Shown here: one piece after another, positions 20,295 through 30,017 of the stretch
Layout of the letters: each line of letters starts with the position of its first letter
How positions within the stretch are numbered: the stretch's first letter is position 1
From: an uncultured delta proteobacterium
GTDB lineage: Bacteria > Desulfobacterota > Binatia > UBA9968
DNA: 64,000 bases
Assembly (NCBI GenBank): GCA_963727625.1
Contig: CAVSHR010000005.1
Location: 992,001-1,056,000, forward strand
Reading direction: 5' to 3'
Made by a program: the position numbers and the translations under genes
The notes under the pieces: generated by a model
The model's input: the letters and a program-made list of their open reading frames with translations, nothing else
What the model was told of the DNA's origin: nothing
Databases searched by the model: none

Positions 20295-20477
20295 CCGCGC
20301 GAAAGCTATAAATCGTCGCGCCCGCGGCAAAACGGCAGGCGCGGGATTTCCGGCTTTACCTCTTTGCAAATCAGTGGGGCTCGATAATATCGGTGCCTAC
20401 CGAGAACTTGCGATGGCAATAAATTTAATTTTGCCGGCTGAGCGTCCTCTCTAGCGTTGTCTAGCCGAGCCGAGTGG

Positions 20478-20915
20478 TCAGGCCTTGAGAATGCTCTGCG
20501 GATATTGATCGTCCGGATCTTCGTTCGGATGCATTTTAGAAGTCGTGCTCTTATCCACAAGCAGTTGGCCGTCTTCGGCGATCCTGACCTCGAAGCGGTC
20601 GAGGGGGCGCGGCGCCGGGCCTTCGAAGTTCATGCCGCTTTCATAGTAACCGCTGCCATGGCAGGGGCATTTGAATTTGTCTTCCACTTGCAGCCAATTG
20701 GGCGTGCAGCCAAATGGGTGCATTTGGCGAAGAGCGCGTGAAAGCCCGCTTCCTCGCGCACTATCCAAACCCGATATTCCTGTTAGAATTTATTGCTCAC
20801 CTCGCCGATGGCGTAATCCGACGGAAAACCCGCTTTAAACGTCAAAGGTGGCTGCAAATGCACGCGGGGAAACGCTGAACGGATAAAGCCGACAAGCGAA
20901 AGAAATGAAAACTCG
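20478..20915 (-). pseudogene. Rieske Fe-S subunit (QcrA/PetC type) pseudogene
   Basis: Reads ...GEVSNKF*QEYRVWIVREEAGFHALFAKCTHL/GCTPNW...CPCHGSGY...GPAPRPL; in-frame TAA near 20783, 1-nt deletion in CTHLGC near 20711, no Tat N-terminus. Confidence 0.85.
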
Positions 20916-20931
20916 CCGTAACCGACGCGTT

Positions 20932-21645
20932 TTATTTTTTTGCCAGCTCGAAAGTCACTTTGGTTTCCTGGTCCGGTTTGACGGTGACCTTCTGACTCAC
21001 CTTGCCGAGAGTATCGTGCCAAACCGTAAGTGTATAAGTCCCGGGAGGAACGTCGGTGAGCTTAAAGCTGCCGGCGTGATCGGTGACGTTGAAGTAAGGA
21101 TTGGCGGCCGAAAATAGCCAGCCGTTCATCCAATTATGGACATCGCATTTGATGTTGATAATTTCCGGTTTTTCAATCTTTACGTTCAGGGTTTTCTTGA
21201 ACTTCGGTTGGGCGAAGTTGAATGGCGCGTTGATCTTGCTGTAGCTGTGAATATTGTGCAGAATCCCGTCCGGATTGATGACGTCCACCGTAGAGCCCGC
21301 CGGGAAAGCCAATACATGGGGATGATACTCGCAATCGCGCTGATCGAGTTTCACCTCCCCGGGAGTCATCGTCTTACCCTTCTTGATATCCGCGATAAAC
21401 ACCACCGCGTCTTCCACCTTGCCATTGGAGACGATCAAGGACTGATCGGTCTTTGCCACCTTGCCGCAAACCGCGGCATCCTTGGAAACATGAATTTTTT
21501 TCGGCGCCGGCGCTTTGCCCTTAAACATAACGACGCCGTCAATCGTGCCGCCGTGGCTGACGGCCCCGCCGTCGTAGGCAAACACCTTGGCCGCCGGCAA
21601 GACTGACAAAACCAATATCAATACTCCCAAAATACTCTGTATCAT
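20932..21645 (-). CDS. Secreted carboxypeptidase-regulatory-like/cupredoxin-like domain protein
   Basis: Signal peptide; DQRDCEYHPHV, N.D.ILHNIH, CDVHNWM, VPPGTYTLTVWH. Confidence 0.75.
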   Translation of the reverse strand: MIQSILGVLILVLSVLPAAKVFAYDGGAVSHGGTIDGVVMFKGKAPAPKKIHVSKDAAVCGKVAKTDQSLIVSNGKVEDAVVFIADIKKGKTMTPGEVKLDQRDCEYHPHVLAFPAGSTVDVINPDGILHNIHSYSKINAPFNFAQPKFKKTLNVKIEKPEIINIKCDVHNWMNGWLFSAANPYFNVTDHAGSFKLTDVPPGTYTLTVWHDTLGKVSQKVTVKPDQETKVTFELAKK

Positions 21646-21780
21646 CGTTTTTCCCTCTGATTTCCGTCGGTAAGCGTTACAGCACCCGACCCGTCCTTTG
21701 CACATCGCATGGATCGATCTTCTCTGAACCGCGTCGCTAATGGCACATCGCCGATCGACGTCGAGCGAGCAAAAGCTCGC

Positions 21781-22131
21781 TTAATGCTCCGAGCCGCTCC
21801 GCTGCCAGCGGCACAAGCCGGCTCGAATGTAGTTTGGATCTAAGCCGACAACGTCGCAAATATTTTCAAAGGCGTACAGACCGTCGCTGTGCTCATGCAT
21901 GAGCCAAATCTCGGCTTCGCGAAACATCGCCTTGCCGCGCCGGCTTCTCGCCGAGGAAAATTTTTGAAAGCAAGCGATGCCGTCTTCCAGCACCGCGAAC
22001 ATCAGCATGATTTCTGGACTTTTCCAACGGCGCCGCCGCCAACGTTCGAAATACTGCACGGGCGCGAGAACATCCGGTTGAAAAAGCGACATCCAACTTT
22101 GATACTCGCGCGCTGCCTGCTTTTCGCCCAC
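21781..22131 (-). CDS. Conserved hypothetical protein (LM.AVLED...FENIC..LDP type)
   Basis: AGGAGGAG RBS, upstream sigma54-like site, protein-like composition. Confidence 0.65.
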   Translation of the reverse strand: MGEKQAAREYQSWMSLFQPDVLAPVQYFERWRRRRWKSPEIMLMFAVLEDGIACFQKFSSARSRRGKAMFREAEIWLMHEHSDGLYAFENICDVVGLDPNYIRAGLCRWQRSGSEH

Positions 22132-22225
22132 GCCTTAATGCTCCTCCTCGCAATCTTGCAGTCGCGCTGAGACCCGAGTCGACTGCATCAAACGCCGCGT
22201 TTCGCGTTCTGAAATGTTTTTATTG

Positions 22226-22240
22226 GCAAATCCCGTGCCG
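22226..22240 (-). promoter_or_regulatory. Candidate sigma54 promoter for 21781-22131
   Basis: CGGCACGGGATTTGC on the minus strand (GG-N10-GC). Confidence 0.6.
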
Positions 22241-22413
22241 CTTGATCGATTGCAGGTTTTGCTGTGCGATGGGTGGGAAATAGCCGCTGCCGACTCTGCA
22301 ATGCAGCAACCAGATGCCGCCCACTGTGGCTATCTTGCGCGGCGGGTGGGGCAGAATTGCGCGCTGTCCAGCCAAAGCAAGCCCCTGGCATCGGCAGGAT
22401 GATGATGCCCCGA

Positions 22414-22428
22414 TGGCACCGCGCTTGC
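22414..22428 (+). promoter_or_regulatory. Candidate sigma54 promoter for the SPW gene
   Basis: TGGCACCGCGCTTGC. Confidence 0.65.
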
Positions 22429-22501
22429 GTCGTTATTTTTAATGAAGAAACCATCGGCCGACTAGTAACGTCGGGCGGTCGGATGGAAGGAGGCGAGTCT
22501 A

Positions 22502-22876
22502 TTGAAACGGACGATTTGGTCAAGTTTGATTCTGGGGCTTTGGTTGATGATCTCGCCGTTTGTGCTGGTCTTGCTTAACCACGGCGCCCTTAAAGTTCTT
22601 TGGGAGGATCTGTTGCTCGGATTCGGCATTGCAACTTTTTCGCTATGCCGACTCCTGGCGCGCGGCGAGGGGGGGAACGTAATTCTGGATTGGCTAATTA
22701 CGGCGCTGGGATTTCTTACTCTGCTCAATCCGTTTTTATACAGCTACTTCAATATGGAGTTGGCGGCGTGGAATAACGTGAGTATCGGCGGCGTGGTTTT
22801 GTTGCTGGCGGTGTTCCAGGATTGGAAAGATTCCCACGGCCGGAGCTGGGCAGAGCATCAGCATCACGCCCATTAA
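22502..22876 (+). CDS. SPW-repeat-like membrane protein
   Basis: LGLWLMISPFVL...WNN pattern, four hydrophobic segments, AGGAGG RBS, His-rich tail. Confidence 0.7.
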   Translation: MKRTIWSSLILGLWLMISPFVLVLLNHGALKVLWEDLLLGFGIATFSLCRLLARGEGGNVILDWLITALGFLTLLNPFLYSYFNMELAAWNNVSIGGVVLLLAVFQDWKDSHGRSWAEHQHHAH

Positions 22877-23050
22877 AGTCCGAGCCTGTGATCTCCGCCA
22901 GCCAAGCCGGCGCAGCAGGTATTGCACCGCGCATGGCTACTTCCTCGGCAAGCCATCGCCGCACGGTGCCGGCGCCACCGCCCCCGCTCTTGGCATCCCC
23001 TTCTTAACGATCCCCGAAGAATGTGTTGAAATGAAACAAGTGAAGCTGGG

Positions 23051-24739
23051 ATGGAGCACGAGGGCAGATCGGTCGCGTTGCATTTAGCGCCCATGACGAA
23101 GCATTGGAAAACGTTCGATCACCGCGAGCGCTCGGCGCCCGCTGCTTATAGCATCGCGCTCGGATGCGTTTTGCTGGCCACGCTGGTCACCCTTGCGATG
23201 CGCCCGACGCTCGAACCCAGTCTTTTTCCACTCTATACCGCCGCGGTGATGATTAGCGCATGGTTCGGCGGGCTCGGCCCAGGGTTGGCAGCGACTGTCG
23301 TCGCGGTCTTCGCCACCGAATGGTTTTTTACCCACGGTGCGGAGCCATTGCGGCCGCTTCATGGTACGGTACGCGTCGCGTTATTCGCCCTGGTCGCGCT
23401 CTTGATCAGCTCGTTAACCGCGGCCCGCAAGCGCGCCGAAGAAGCGCTGCGCCAAGCTCACGCGGAATTAGAGCTTCGGGTCAAGGAGCGTACCGCCGAG
23501 CTGGCCGCGGCTAACGACAGCCTGCGGATAGAGATCGACGAGCGCAAACGCGCCGAGCAGGACAATCGAAAACTGCTTCGCGACCTCGGCGAGCGCGTCA
23601 AGGAACTGACGGCCCTTCACGCCGCGTCCCATTTGCTCCAGGACGAAGAGGAGAAAGCTTCCAATCTTTTGCGCAAGATCGTCGAACTCATTCCCGCCGC
23701 CTGCCAGCAGCCCGATTCGACCGCGGCACGCATCGAGTTTACCGCACGCCAATACCAGACGGCCAATTTTGCCGAGTTTCATTGTCAACAACATTCCGAC
23801 TTCGCCACCAGCGGCGGCAAGCGCGGATTCATCGAGGTGGGCTCCATCGGCGCCGCTTCGGAGGGCGGTGGCCATGTTTTTTCAATCGAAGAAAAGCGCC
23901 TCGTCGAATCGCTCGCCGAGATGCTCCAGTCCTATTTTCAGCGCCGTGAGGCCGCGGATCAAGTGACGCAAGTCTCACGCGAACTGATCGAGAGCAACCG
24001 CGAGCTGTGGCGTCTGCAGAGCGAGATGAAACGGGTCGAACCGCTGGCCGCGCTGGGACGCGTAACCGGGACCATCGCTCATGAGCTCGGCACCCCGTTG
24101 AACTCCGTGCTCGGCTACACCCAATTGCTCGCCCAAGACGACTTGAGCGATAACGGCCGGCGCCGTTTGGAAATCATTCGGCTGCAAGTAGAACGCATGG
24201 TTGAAATTATCAACTCTTATCTTTTCCGCGTGCGCCGTTCCTACCCGAAGCGGCAGCGCGTCGACATCAACGAGTTAATCCAAGAAACCCTCGTCATGTT
24301 CCGGCCGATTCTCCAGCAGCGCGGCGTCACGGTTGAAACCGATTTGGCGTCGAGCTTGCCCACCCCTTTGGGAGACGGACCGTCATTGCAAAGAGTGTTA
24401 GTCAATCTGCTCGATAATTCCGTCGACGCCATGCCGGAAGGCGGCGTGGTGAAGATCCTTACACAAAGCTGGCCCGCTTTGGGATCGAAGCCTTCCGGCG
24501 TCACCATGACCCTTTCGGACACAGGGAGCGGCATCGCCAGCGAAGTGCTGCCGACGGTGTTCGAGATGTTCGTCACGACCAAAGCGCCCGGCAAAGGCAG
24601 CGGTTTGGGCTTGGCGATTTCACAGGAAATCATCAAGGGCCACGGCGGAGATATCCAACTGGTCAGCGAAGTCGCCAAAGGGACGACGGTGACGGTATTT
24701 CTTCCGGCCGATGCTTGCTCGACAACCTTACAAGCTTGA
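23051..24739 (+). CDS. Sensor histidine kinase (DUF4118/KdpD-like membrane domain)
   Basis: AVMISAWFGGLGPGL TM motif; H-box IAHELGTPL; N, G1 and G2 boxes. Confidence 0.9.
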   Translation: MEHEGRSVALHLAPMTKHWKTFDHRERSAPAAYSIALGCVLLATLVTLAMRPTLEPSLFPLYTAAVMISAWFGGLGPGLAATVVAVFATEWFFTHGAEPLRPLHGTVRVALFALVALLISSLTAARKRAEEALRQAHAELELRVKERTAELAAANDSLRIEIDERKRAEQDNRKLLRDLGERVKELTALHAASHLLQDEEEKASNLLRKIVELIPAACQQPDSTAARIEFTARQYQTANFAEFHCQQHSDFATSGGKRGFIEVGSIGAASEGGGHVFSIEEKRLVESLAEMLQSYFQRREAADQVTQVSRELIESNRELWRLQSEMKRVEPLAALGRVTGTIAHELGTPLNSVLGYTQLLAQDDLSDNGRRRLEIIRLQVERMVEIINSYLFRVRRSYPKRQRVDINELIQETLVMFRPILQQRGVTVETDLASSLPTPLGDGPSLQRVLVNLLDNSVDAMPEGGVVKILTQSWPALGSKPSGVTMTLSDTGSGIASEVLPTVFEMFVTTKAPGKGSGLGLAISQEIIKGHGGDIQLVSEVAKGTTVTVFLPADACSTTLQA

Positions 24740-24745
24740 TGGATC

Positions 24746-26134
24746 ATGAACGCCGAAATTCTTATCGCCGACGATGATGAAATCAGCGGCCAGCTCTTCG
24801 CCGAAGTTTTGGCGGGCGAGGGGTATCGCGTCCGGCAGGTGCGGTCCGGCGGCGACGCTTTGACGGCTCTGGCGCAAAACGGTGCGGATTTACTGATCGT
24901 CGACGTTCGCATGCCCGGAGTGAATGGCCTCGACGTGACTCGCCAGGCGCACCGAGACCATCCGGAATTACCGGTGGTCGTCATGACCGCATTTGGCTCC
25001 ATGGACACCGCAATCCAAGCGATTCACGAGGGTGCTTTCGATTTCATCTCCAAACCAATGAACCTGGAAGAGCTCAAGCGCACCGTCCGCCGTGCGCTGG
25101 CTCAACCCGAGCTGCGAAAACAAACGGCCGGCGAGGCACGCGGCGAAGACGACGGCACGCTCCTCGGCTCGGTGGTCGGCAAAAGCCAACCGATGATGGA
25201 GGTTTACAAAACCATTGCACGCGCAGCGCCGACTCGCAGCACCGTGTTGATCCTCGGCGAGAGCGGCACCGGCAAGGAGCTCATCGCCCGCGCCATTCAC
25301 GAGCACAGCGAACGAGCCGGTCACGCTTTCGTCGCCGTGGATTGCGGCGCCTTGACCGAGACGCTGCTGGCCAGTGAATTATTCGGCCATGTTCGGGGCG
25401 CATTCACCGGCGCCGTCAATGACAAGAAGGGAGTCTTCGAAGCCGCCGATGGCGGCACCTGTTTTCTCGACGAGATCGGCAACATCAGCCTGGAGAACCA
25501 GGCGAAGTTGTTGCGTGTGCTCCAGGAGCACGAAATCAGGCCGGTCGGATCGCAAAAGTCTATCAAGGTCAACATCCGGATCGTCGCCGCGACCAATAAA
25601 AGCTTGGAACATTTGATCCGCGATGGAGACTTCCGGGAGGACTTGTATTACCGCATCAAAGTCGTGACGATTCACCTGCCGCCGCTGCGCGAGCGCACCG
25701 AGGATATCGCGCCGCTGGCGGAATATTTCCGCAAGCGCTACAGCCGGGAAAGCGGGAAACCGGTCACGGTCATCTCGGAACCGGCGATGAGTTTGTTAAT
25801 GAAGTATTCCTGGCCCGGTAACGTAAGGGAATTGGAAAATGTCATCGAACGAGCGGTCGTTTTGTCGAACCAAAGCGCCATCACCGCGGAAGATCTGCCC
25901 CCCGAGATTCGCACGCTTTCGCGGTCTCCGCTCTATGGCGATGGGTCCGGGCGCGAGCCGTTTCTGATTGCCGACACTCCGCCTCTGGAAGAAGTCAAGA
26001 AGCGTTACGTGCTGCGCATCATTGGTCTGTGCGATGGCAATCTTTCGCGCGCGGCAAGGACGCTCAACATCGACCGTCGTTCCCTGTATCGCATGCTGAC
26101 ACGCTACAAGGTCGACACTTCCGACAAAGAGTAA
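24746..26134 (+). CDS. NtrC-family sigma54-dependent response regulator
   Basis: REC domain, [22 protein letters not shown], Fis-type HTH. Confidence 0.95.
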   Translation: MNAEILIADDDEISGQLFAEVLAGEGYRVRQVRSGGDALTALAQNGADLLIVDVRMPGVNGLDVTRQAHRDHPELPVVVMTAFGSMDTAIQAIHEGAFDFISKPMNLEELKRTVRRALAQPELRKQTAGEARGEDDGTLLGSVVGKSQPMMEVYKTIARAAPTRSTVLILGESGTGKELIARAIHEHSERAGHAFVAVDCGALTETLLASELFGHVRGAFTGAVNDKKGVFEAADGGTCFLDEIGNISLENQAKLLRVLQEHEIRPVGSQKSIKVNIRIVAATNKSLEHLIRDGDFREDLYYRIKVVTIHLPPLRERTEDIAPLAEYFRKRYSRESGKPVTVISEPAMSLLMKYSWPGNVRELENVIERAVVLSNQSAITAEDLPPEIRTLSRSPLYGDGSGREPFLIADTPPLEEVKKRYVLRIIGLCDGNLSRAARTLNIDRRSLYRMLTRYKVDTSDKE

Positions 26135-26201
26135 GAAATTGGCCGCAAACGCTCCCTTTTCGCAATTCTCTGCGCTATAGACACTGCGGCCCGATTTTCG
26201 C

Positions 26202-26216
26202 TGGCACCATTTTTGC
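26202..26216 (+). promoter_or_regulatory. Candidate sigma54 promoter
   Basis: TGGCACCATTTTTGC, 26 nt before the ATG of the receiver gene. Confidence 0.65.
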
Positions 26217-26242
26217 CGGTGAAGTCGCCTGGGGGCGCTATC

Positions 26243-26596
26243 ATGCGCATATTGATCGTCGACGACGATAAAATTTTTTGCCAATTCTTGGTGGAGCTCT
26301 TGGAATCTAACGGCTATGATGTCGATTGGACCAACCACGCGCTGCAGGCCTTTAAGTTATCGCAGCGCTGTTATTACGACTTGTTTGTCTTCGACATCTG
26401 CATGCCGGTCATCTTGGGCACTGAACTGGCCGAAGGCCTCAAGGAGCAATGCCCCGGAGCAAACATTATTCTGATTTCTGCTTTTGCCGACAACATGTTA
26501 AACACGGCAGCCAATAAATTGGGTTTGCCCCTCCTGTCCAAACCTTTCACCACTGAAGAGCTGCTCGAATTGGTCGCCAAGACAACCGACCGCTAG
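26243..26596 (+). CDS. Single-domain response regulator receiver
   Basis: MRILIVDDD, D-I-x-MP, SA, KPF. Confidence 0.88.
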   Translation: MRILIVDDDKIFCQFLVELLESNGYDVDWTNHALQAFKLSQRCYYDLFVFDICMPVILGTELAEGLKEQCPGANIILISAFADNMLNTAANKLGLPLLSKPFTTEELLELVAKTTDR

Positions 26597-27012
26597 CGCA
26601 CGGACGCGGAGGATTGTTGCATTATTCGCGCGGTCTTCATCTACGGTTGCTGTCGAGAACTCGGAATTCCCTGAGGATTGGGGTTGATTGACCCAGCTCC
26701 AGTCCGCCAAGGAATCCATAAATTATTTGAACTGACGAGATAGCACGTTAAAGGATTTGAATCTCCGCAACATAAACTCACCGCAGTAATTTAAACGTCA
26801 AAAGGGAGTTCTTAAAAAGATTTTCGCGCCAGCCGCCGACTGCAACACCATGCCATCGAGCCCCAGGGGCCACACATTTGCGCCACAAACAGCGGGCACA
26901 GGGTCGCGCGAATTGCCGTGCCGCCGGGAACTCGATCGCGCCGCTCACGCATTATCGTCCATAATGTTTGGCATTCTTTTCCCGTCGCGCGCTGCCTTAA
27001 TCTTTGCCTTAC

Positions 27013-27027
27013 TGGCATGGGAGTTGC
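27013..27027 (+). promoter_or_regulatory. Candidate sigma54 promoter upstream of 27152 and the SOD gene
   Basis: TGGCATGGGAGTTGC. Confidence 0.6.
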
Positions 27028-27151
27028 GGCACTCCGCCAGTATGGATCCTCCGCTGGCGCAGACGGAATTTTACCGCGCCATTATCCGGCGGCGACTAAA
27101 CTGCATTCGATTTCGGTGTTTGACCCATGACCAAGTAAAGGAGAACCGACA

Positions 27152-27635
27152 ATGAAAGAAAGCCTAAATGCCAAGACAAAAATAGTCCGAGTGTTATCTC
27201 TCACCGCCGCGTCGCTCGCTCTGTTGCTGGCCCAGCCGCTGCCGCTGTGGGCGCGGACGATGCCGAGCGGTATCGACACGGGGAAGTCGCCGGAGGGAGC
27301 CCGCTTCATGTCCGGCGGTGTCGGTCTCGAAGAACGCCAACAGATGCTCAAGATGGCGCCGGGCTACGATCTCAAGCTGGCGTTTGCCGATCGCCGCGGT
27401 GATTATCTGAGCGACGTCGTGGTTACGGTCGACGACGCGCATGGCAAGCAGGTCTTGAGCACCACGACTGCAGGTCCATGGCTTTATATCAGCCGTCCCC
27501 CCGGGGAAATATGACGTGAAGGCTAACTATGGGAACCGAACCGAGGAAATCAAAGATTTGCGGATTTCCCAAGGCCGTTTGATGACACGGCTCTTACATT
27601 GGGATGGCGCCGCTCAACAGATCAGCCAAAGATAG
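27152..27635 (+). pseudogene. Periplasmic carboxypeptidase-regulatory-like protein, frameshifted
   Basis: SGGVG.EER...GPWLY motif; removing one base from the CCCCCCGGGG tract (27497-27506) restores PPGKYDVKA...LLHW up to TAG at 27635. Confidence 0.7.
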
Positions 27636-27691
27636 AACCGGTCCAACGTTTTTGATCGATGTGACGAGAAGCCAACGAACAGGAGGAAATC

Positions 27692-28378
27692 ATGAACACG
27701 AAAACTGAACCTAAAAAAACCGGCGGCATCGAGGCGGCCTTCGATGAGCGCTCCTACCCGACTAAGTCGTTCAACTTAAACGGGCTGCACGGCATCTCCG
27801 ACCGCACGCTCGAGATGCACTTCAAACTCTACGAAGGCTACGTGAAACAGACTAACCATCTGATCGAACGCCTATCGGGCTATTCAAAGAATGGCAGGGT
27901 TGAAGCGGCGGACTTCGACGTCTATTCGGAGCTTACCCGCCGCCTGGGATTCGAATACAACGGCATGATCCTGCATGAATATTATTTCGGCAACCTGAAA
28001 AAATTCGGCTCCAGCGATCCCCATGCCAATTCCGCGTTTTATCAAGCCGCCCAGTCAAGCTTCGGCAATTATCAGAACTGGCAAGCAGATTTCGCCGCTA
28101 AAGGGAAAATGCGCGGCATCGGTTGGGTTATTTGCTTCCAAGATCCTCACCGCGGCCGCCTGAGCAATCACTGGATCACGTCGCACGAAATCGGCAATAT
28201 CGCCGGTTTTACGCCGGTGCTGGTGATGGACGTCTGGGAGCACGCCTATTTGCTGGACTATCAACCGGCTGAGCGGCCCAAATATATCGAAGCCTTTTTC
28301 GCCAACATCAACTGGGAAACCGTCGAACGCCGCTTAAAAGCGCGCCAGAACGCAGCGCCGGAAAGCTCAACCATGTGA
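27692..28378 (+). CDS. sod: Fe/Mn superoxide dismutase family protein
   Basis: HFKLYEGYV, LHEYYF and DVWEHAY metal ligands. Confidence 0.92.
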   Translation: MNTKTEPKKTGGIEAAFDERSYPTKSFNLNGLHGISDRTLEMHFKLYEGYVKQTNHLIERLSGYSKNGRVEAADFDVYSELTRRLGFEYNGMILHEYYFGNLKKFGSSDPHANSAFYQAAQSSFGNYQNWQADFAAKGKMRGIGWVICFQDPHRGRLSNHWITSHEIGNIAGFTPVLVMDVWEHAYLLDYQPAERPKYIEAFFANINWETVERRLKARQNAAPESSTM

Positions 28379-28449
28379 GCATGAGCACAGTTGAGTGCGA
28401 ATGTTTTTGCCCTCAAGACGGATCGGATGGAATTGAGGTGGAATGAAAA

Positions 28450-28526
28450 TGGTGGTCGCAGTAGGACTTGAACCTACGACCTCGCGCATGTGAGGCGCGC
28501 GCTCTAACCAACTGAGCTATGCGACC
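28450..28526 (-). tRNA. tRNA-Val(CAC)
   Basis: GGTCGCATAGCTCAGTTGGTTAGAGC..CGCGC-CTCACAT-GCGCG..GTTCAAGTCC..TGCGACCACCA cloverleaf with encoded CCA. Confidence 0.96.
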
Positions 28527-28601
28527 ACTGGGTTTTTCTAACACCTTGATCGGAAAGCTTCAAGAATCCAAGGCGAATTAGCAGCTTCTCGGTCGGAAGC
28601 G

Positions 28602-28655
28602 TCATCGGCCCGCGCTGAAGTGAGCGGCAACGCCGCCCTAAGCGCGGGCCGATGA
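28602..28655. repeat. Perfect 15-bp inverted repeat with a nested hairpin
   Basis: tcatcggcccgcgct ... agcgcgggccgatga enclosing gcggc-aac-gccgc. Confidence 0.75.
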
Positions 28656-28919
28656 GTTTGCGCACCGCTCTCTTTCGCCGCGCGATCGGCCGCTTCGATA
28701 TCAGTCAGGATAACGGTTTTGCTTTAGATTAAGATCATAGAGTGGAGAGAGCGCTCCCGCCCCGCCGAAAGAAGCTAAAACCCGCTGTGATGATAAATAG
28801 TTTTGATCGAGGTGGCTGACCCGGCTTCCCATTATTAAACGAGCAGGACCAGGCAGCAGGCCGGGAATGAACTTCGCGCAAGGGCTCAATCGCCGGTGAG
28901 ATACGCGCCTCGATAGCCC

Positions 28920-30017
28920 TCATTGACGCGCCAATGACTGGCGCACTGATTCCGCGTCTTCTCGCGCGTCGAAGTGTCCAACCCGCACGCGATAATAAGT
29001 TTGTCCTTTCACCACGGCCTGAACCACGTAGCCATCGTAACCGTTGGCTTTTAACCGCCGCACCAAATTATCGGCAATATTTTTCGCGGGCGACGCGGAA
29101 ATCTGCACCGACCACTTTTTGCTCAAGTCGGTGCTTTCCGCGGAGCGAGCCTTCAAACTTGTTTTCGCCGGCTCCAACGGCGCTTGAGAGCCCGCCTCAT
29201 CCGTCGCGGAAGCGCTCTTCGCGGCGGGCCGCAGCGGGCCATTCGGGGTCGAGGCAGTTCCCTGAACCTCCGGTTTAGCTGGTGTCGGCTCGGCGCTTTG
29301 GTTCGCGAGCCCGCCGGGCGTGTCGATCGAAGCCACATTCTGCGGTTTCAATCCGATCCCAGCCGGAGCCGAGGCGGCGGGCTGCGTGATCGAATTCCGC
29401 GCCAGGGGTTTTTCGCCCGCACCATCCACTCGCGTTTGAATAATTTTGTCGGGGGGGTTACCCGGATAAAAGATGACCACCGCGCCCGCGACAAACATCA
29501 CCGTAAAAGCGCTGCCCTGCATCCGCTTAGAATAAAAACGCCGGCGAGCTTTTGGAAGCTTTTCACGCTCGTGCGCGGGAAATTCCTGTTGATCGGCGTC
29601 AGTTTCCGACTCCTGAGCACCCCGGCGCACGTCGCCCACCCTTGGGACGTTTGGCAGCGACCGGGTTTCGATCAACGCCGCTTCGGTTTGTAGCACCGGG
29701 CGGAATCTTGCGATCAGCTCATCCGCCTTGGACTTGCGTAATTCCGCCGCGCAGGGTTCAAAAGTAAAACCCGTCGGCCGTAGGTGCCGAGATTGAAAAT
29801 CAGTTTCGCTTTCGTGGCGCAGCAAGGCCTCCTGGATATTCGCCGACTCGCCGATCAAAACTTGGCAATTGAAGTTGAAGAGCCCATACACGCCGGACGT
29901 CGGCGGCGCGCAGGCCAGGATCGCCTCGCTGGTGAAACGGTCGCAACGACCTTCCGGATACCAGGACAAGCTCCAGCTCAGCGCCTCCTTGTCAATGTTA
30001 GCAACGCTCGGCTTCAA
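28920..30017 (-). CDS. GIY-YIG-like N-terminal domain + TM + SPOR-domain protein (last SPOR strand apparently frameshifted; restored end 28886)
   Basis: SGVYGLF...LIGES.NI..L.RH; TM FTVMFVAGAVVIF; SPOR WSVQIS...YYRVRVGHFDAREDA. Confidence 0.7.
   Translation of the reverse strand: MKPSVANIDKEALSWSLSWYPEGRCDRFTSEAILACAPPTSGVYGLFNFNCQVLIGESANIQEALLRHESETDFQSRHLRPTGFTFEPCAAELRKSKADELIARFRPVLQTEAALIETRSLPNVPRVGDVRRGAQESETDADQQEFPAHEREKLPKARRRFYSKRMQGSAFTVMFVAGAVVIFYPGNPPDKIIQTRVDGAGEKPLARNSITQPAASAPAGIGLKPQNVASIDTPGGLANQSAEPTPAKPEVQGTASTPNGPLRPAAKSASATDEAGSQAPLEPAKTSLKARSAESTDLSKKWSVQISASPAKNIADNLVRRLKANGYDGYVVQAVVKGQTYYRVRVGHFDAREDAESVRQSLARQ

Noticed and set aside
19800-28526. Genomic island integrated at tRNA-Val
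   Set aside because: No integrase and no duplicated tRNA 3' end (att) found by eye in the window
28918-28922. TGA at the end of the SPOR gene as selenocysteine
   Set aside because: No Cys-equivalent context, and the homologous-looking sequence continues in a shifted frame, not in frame
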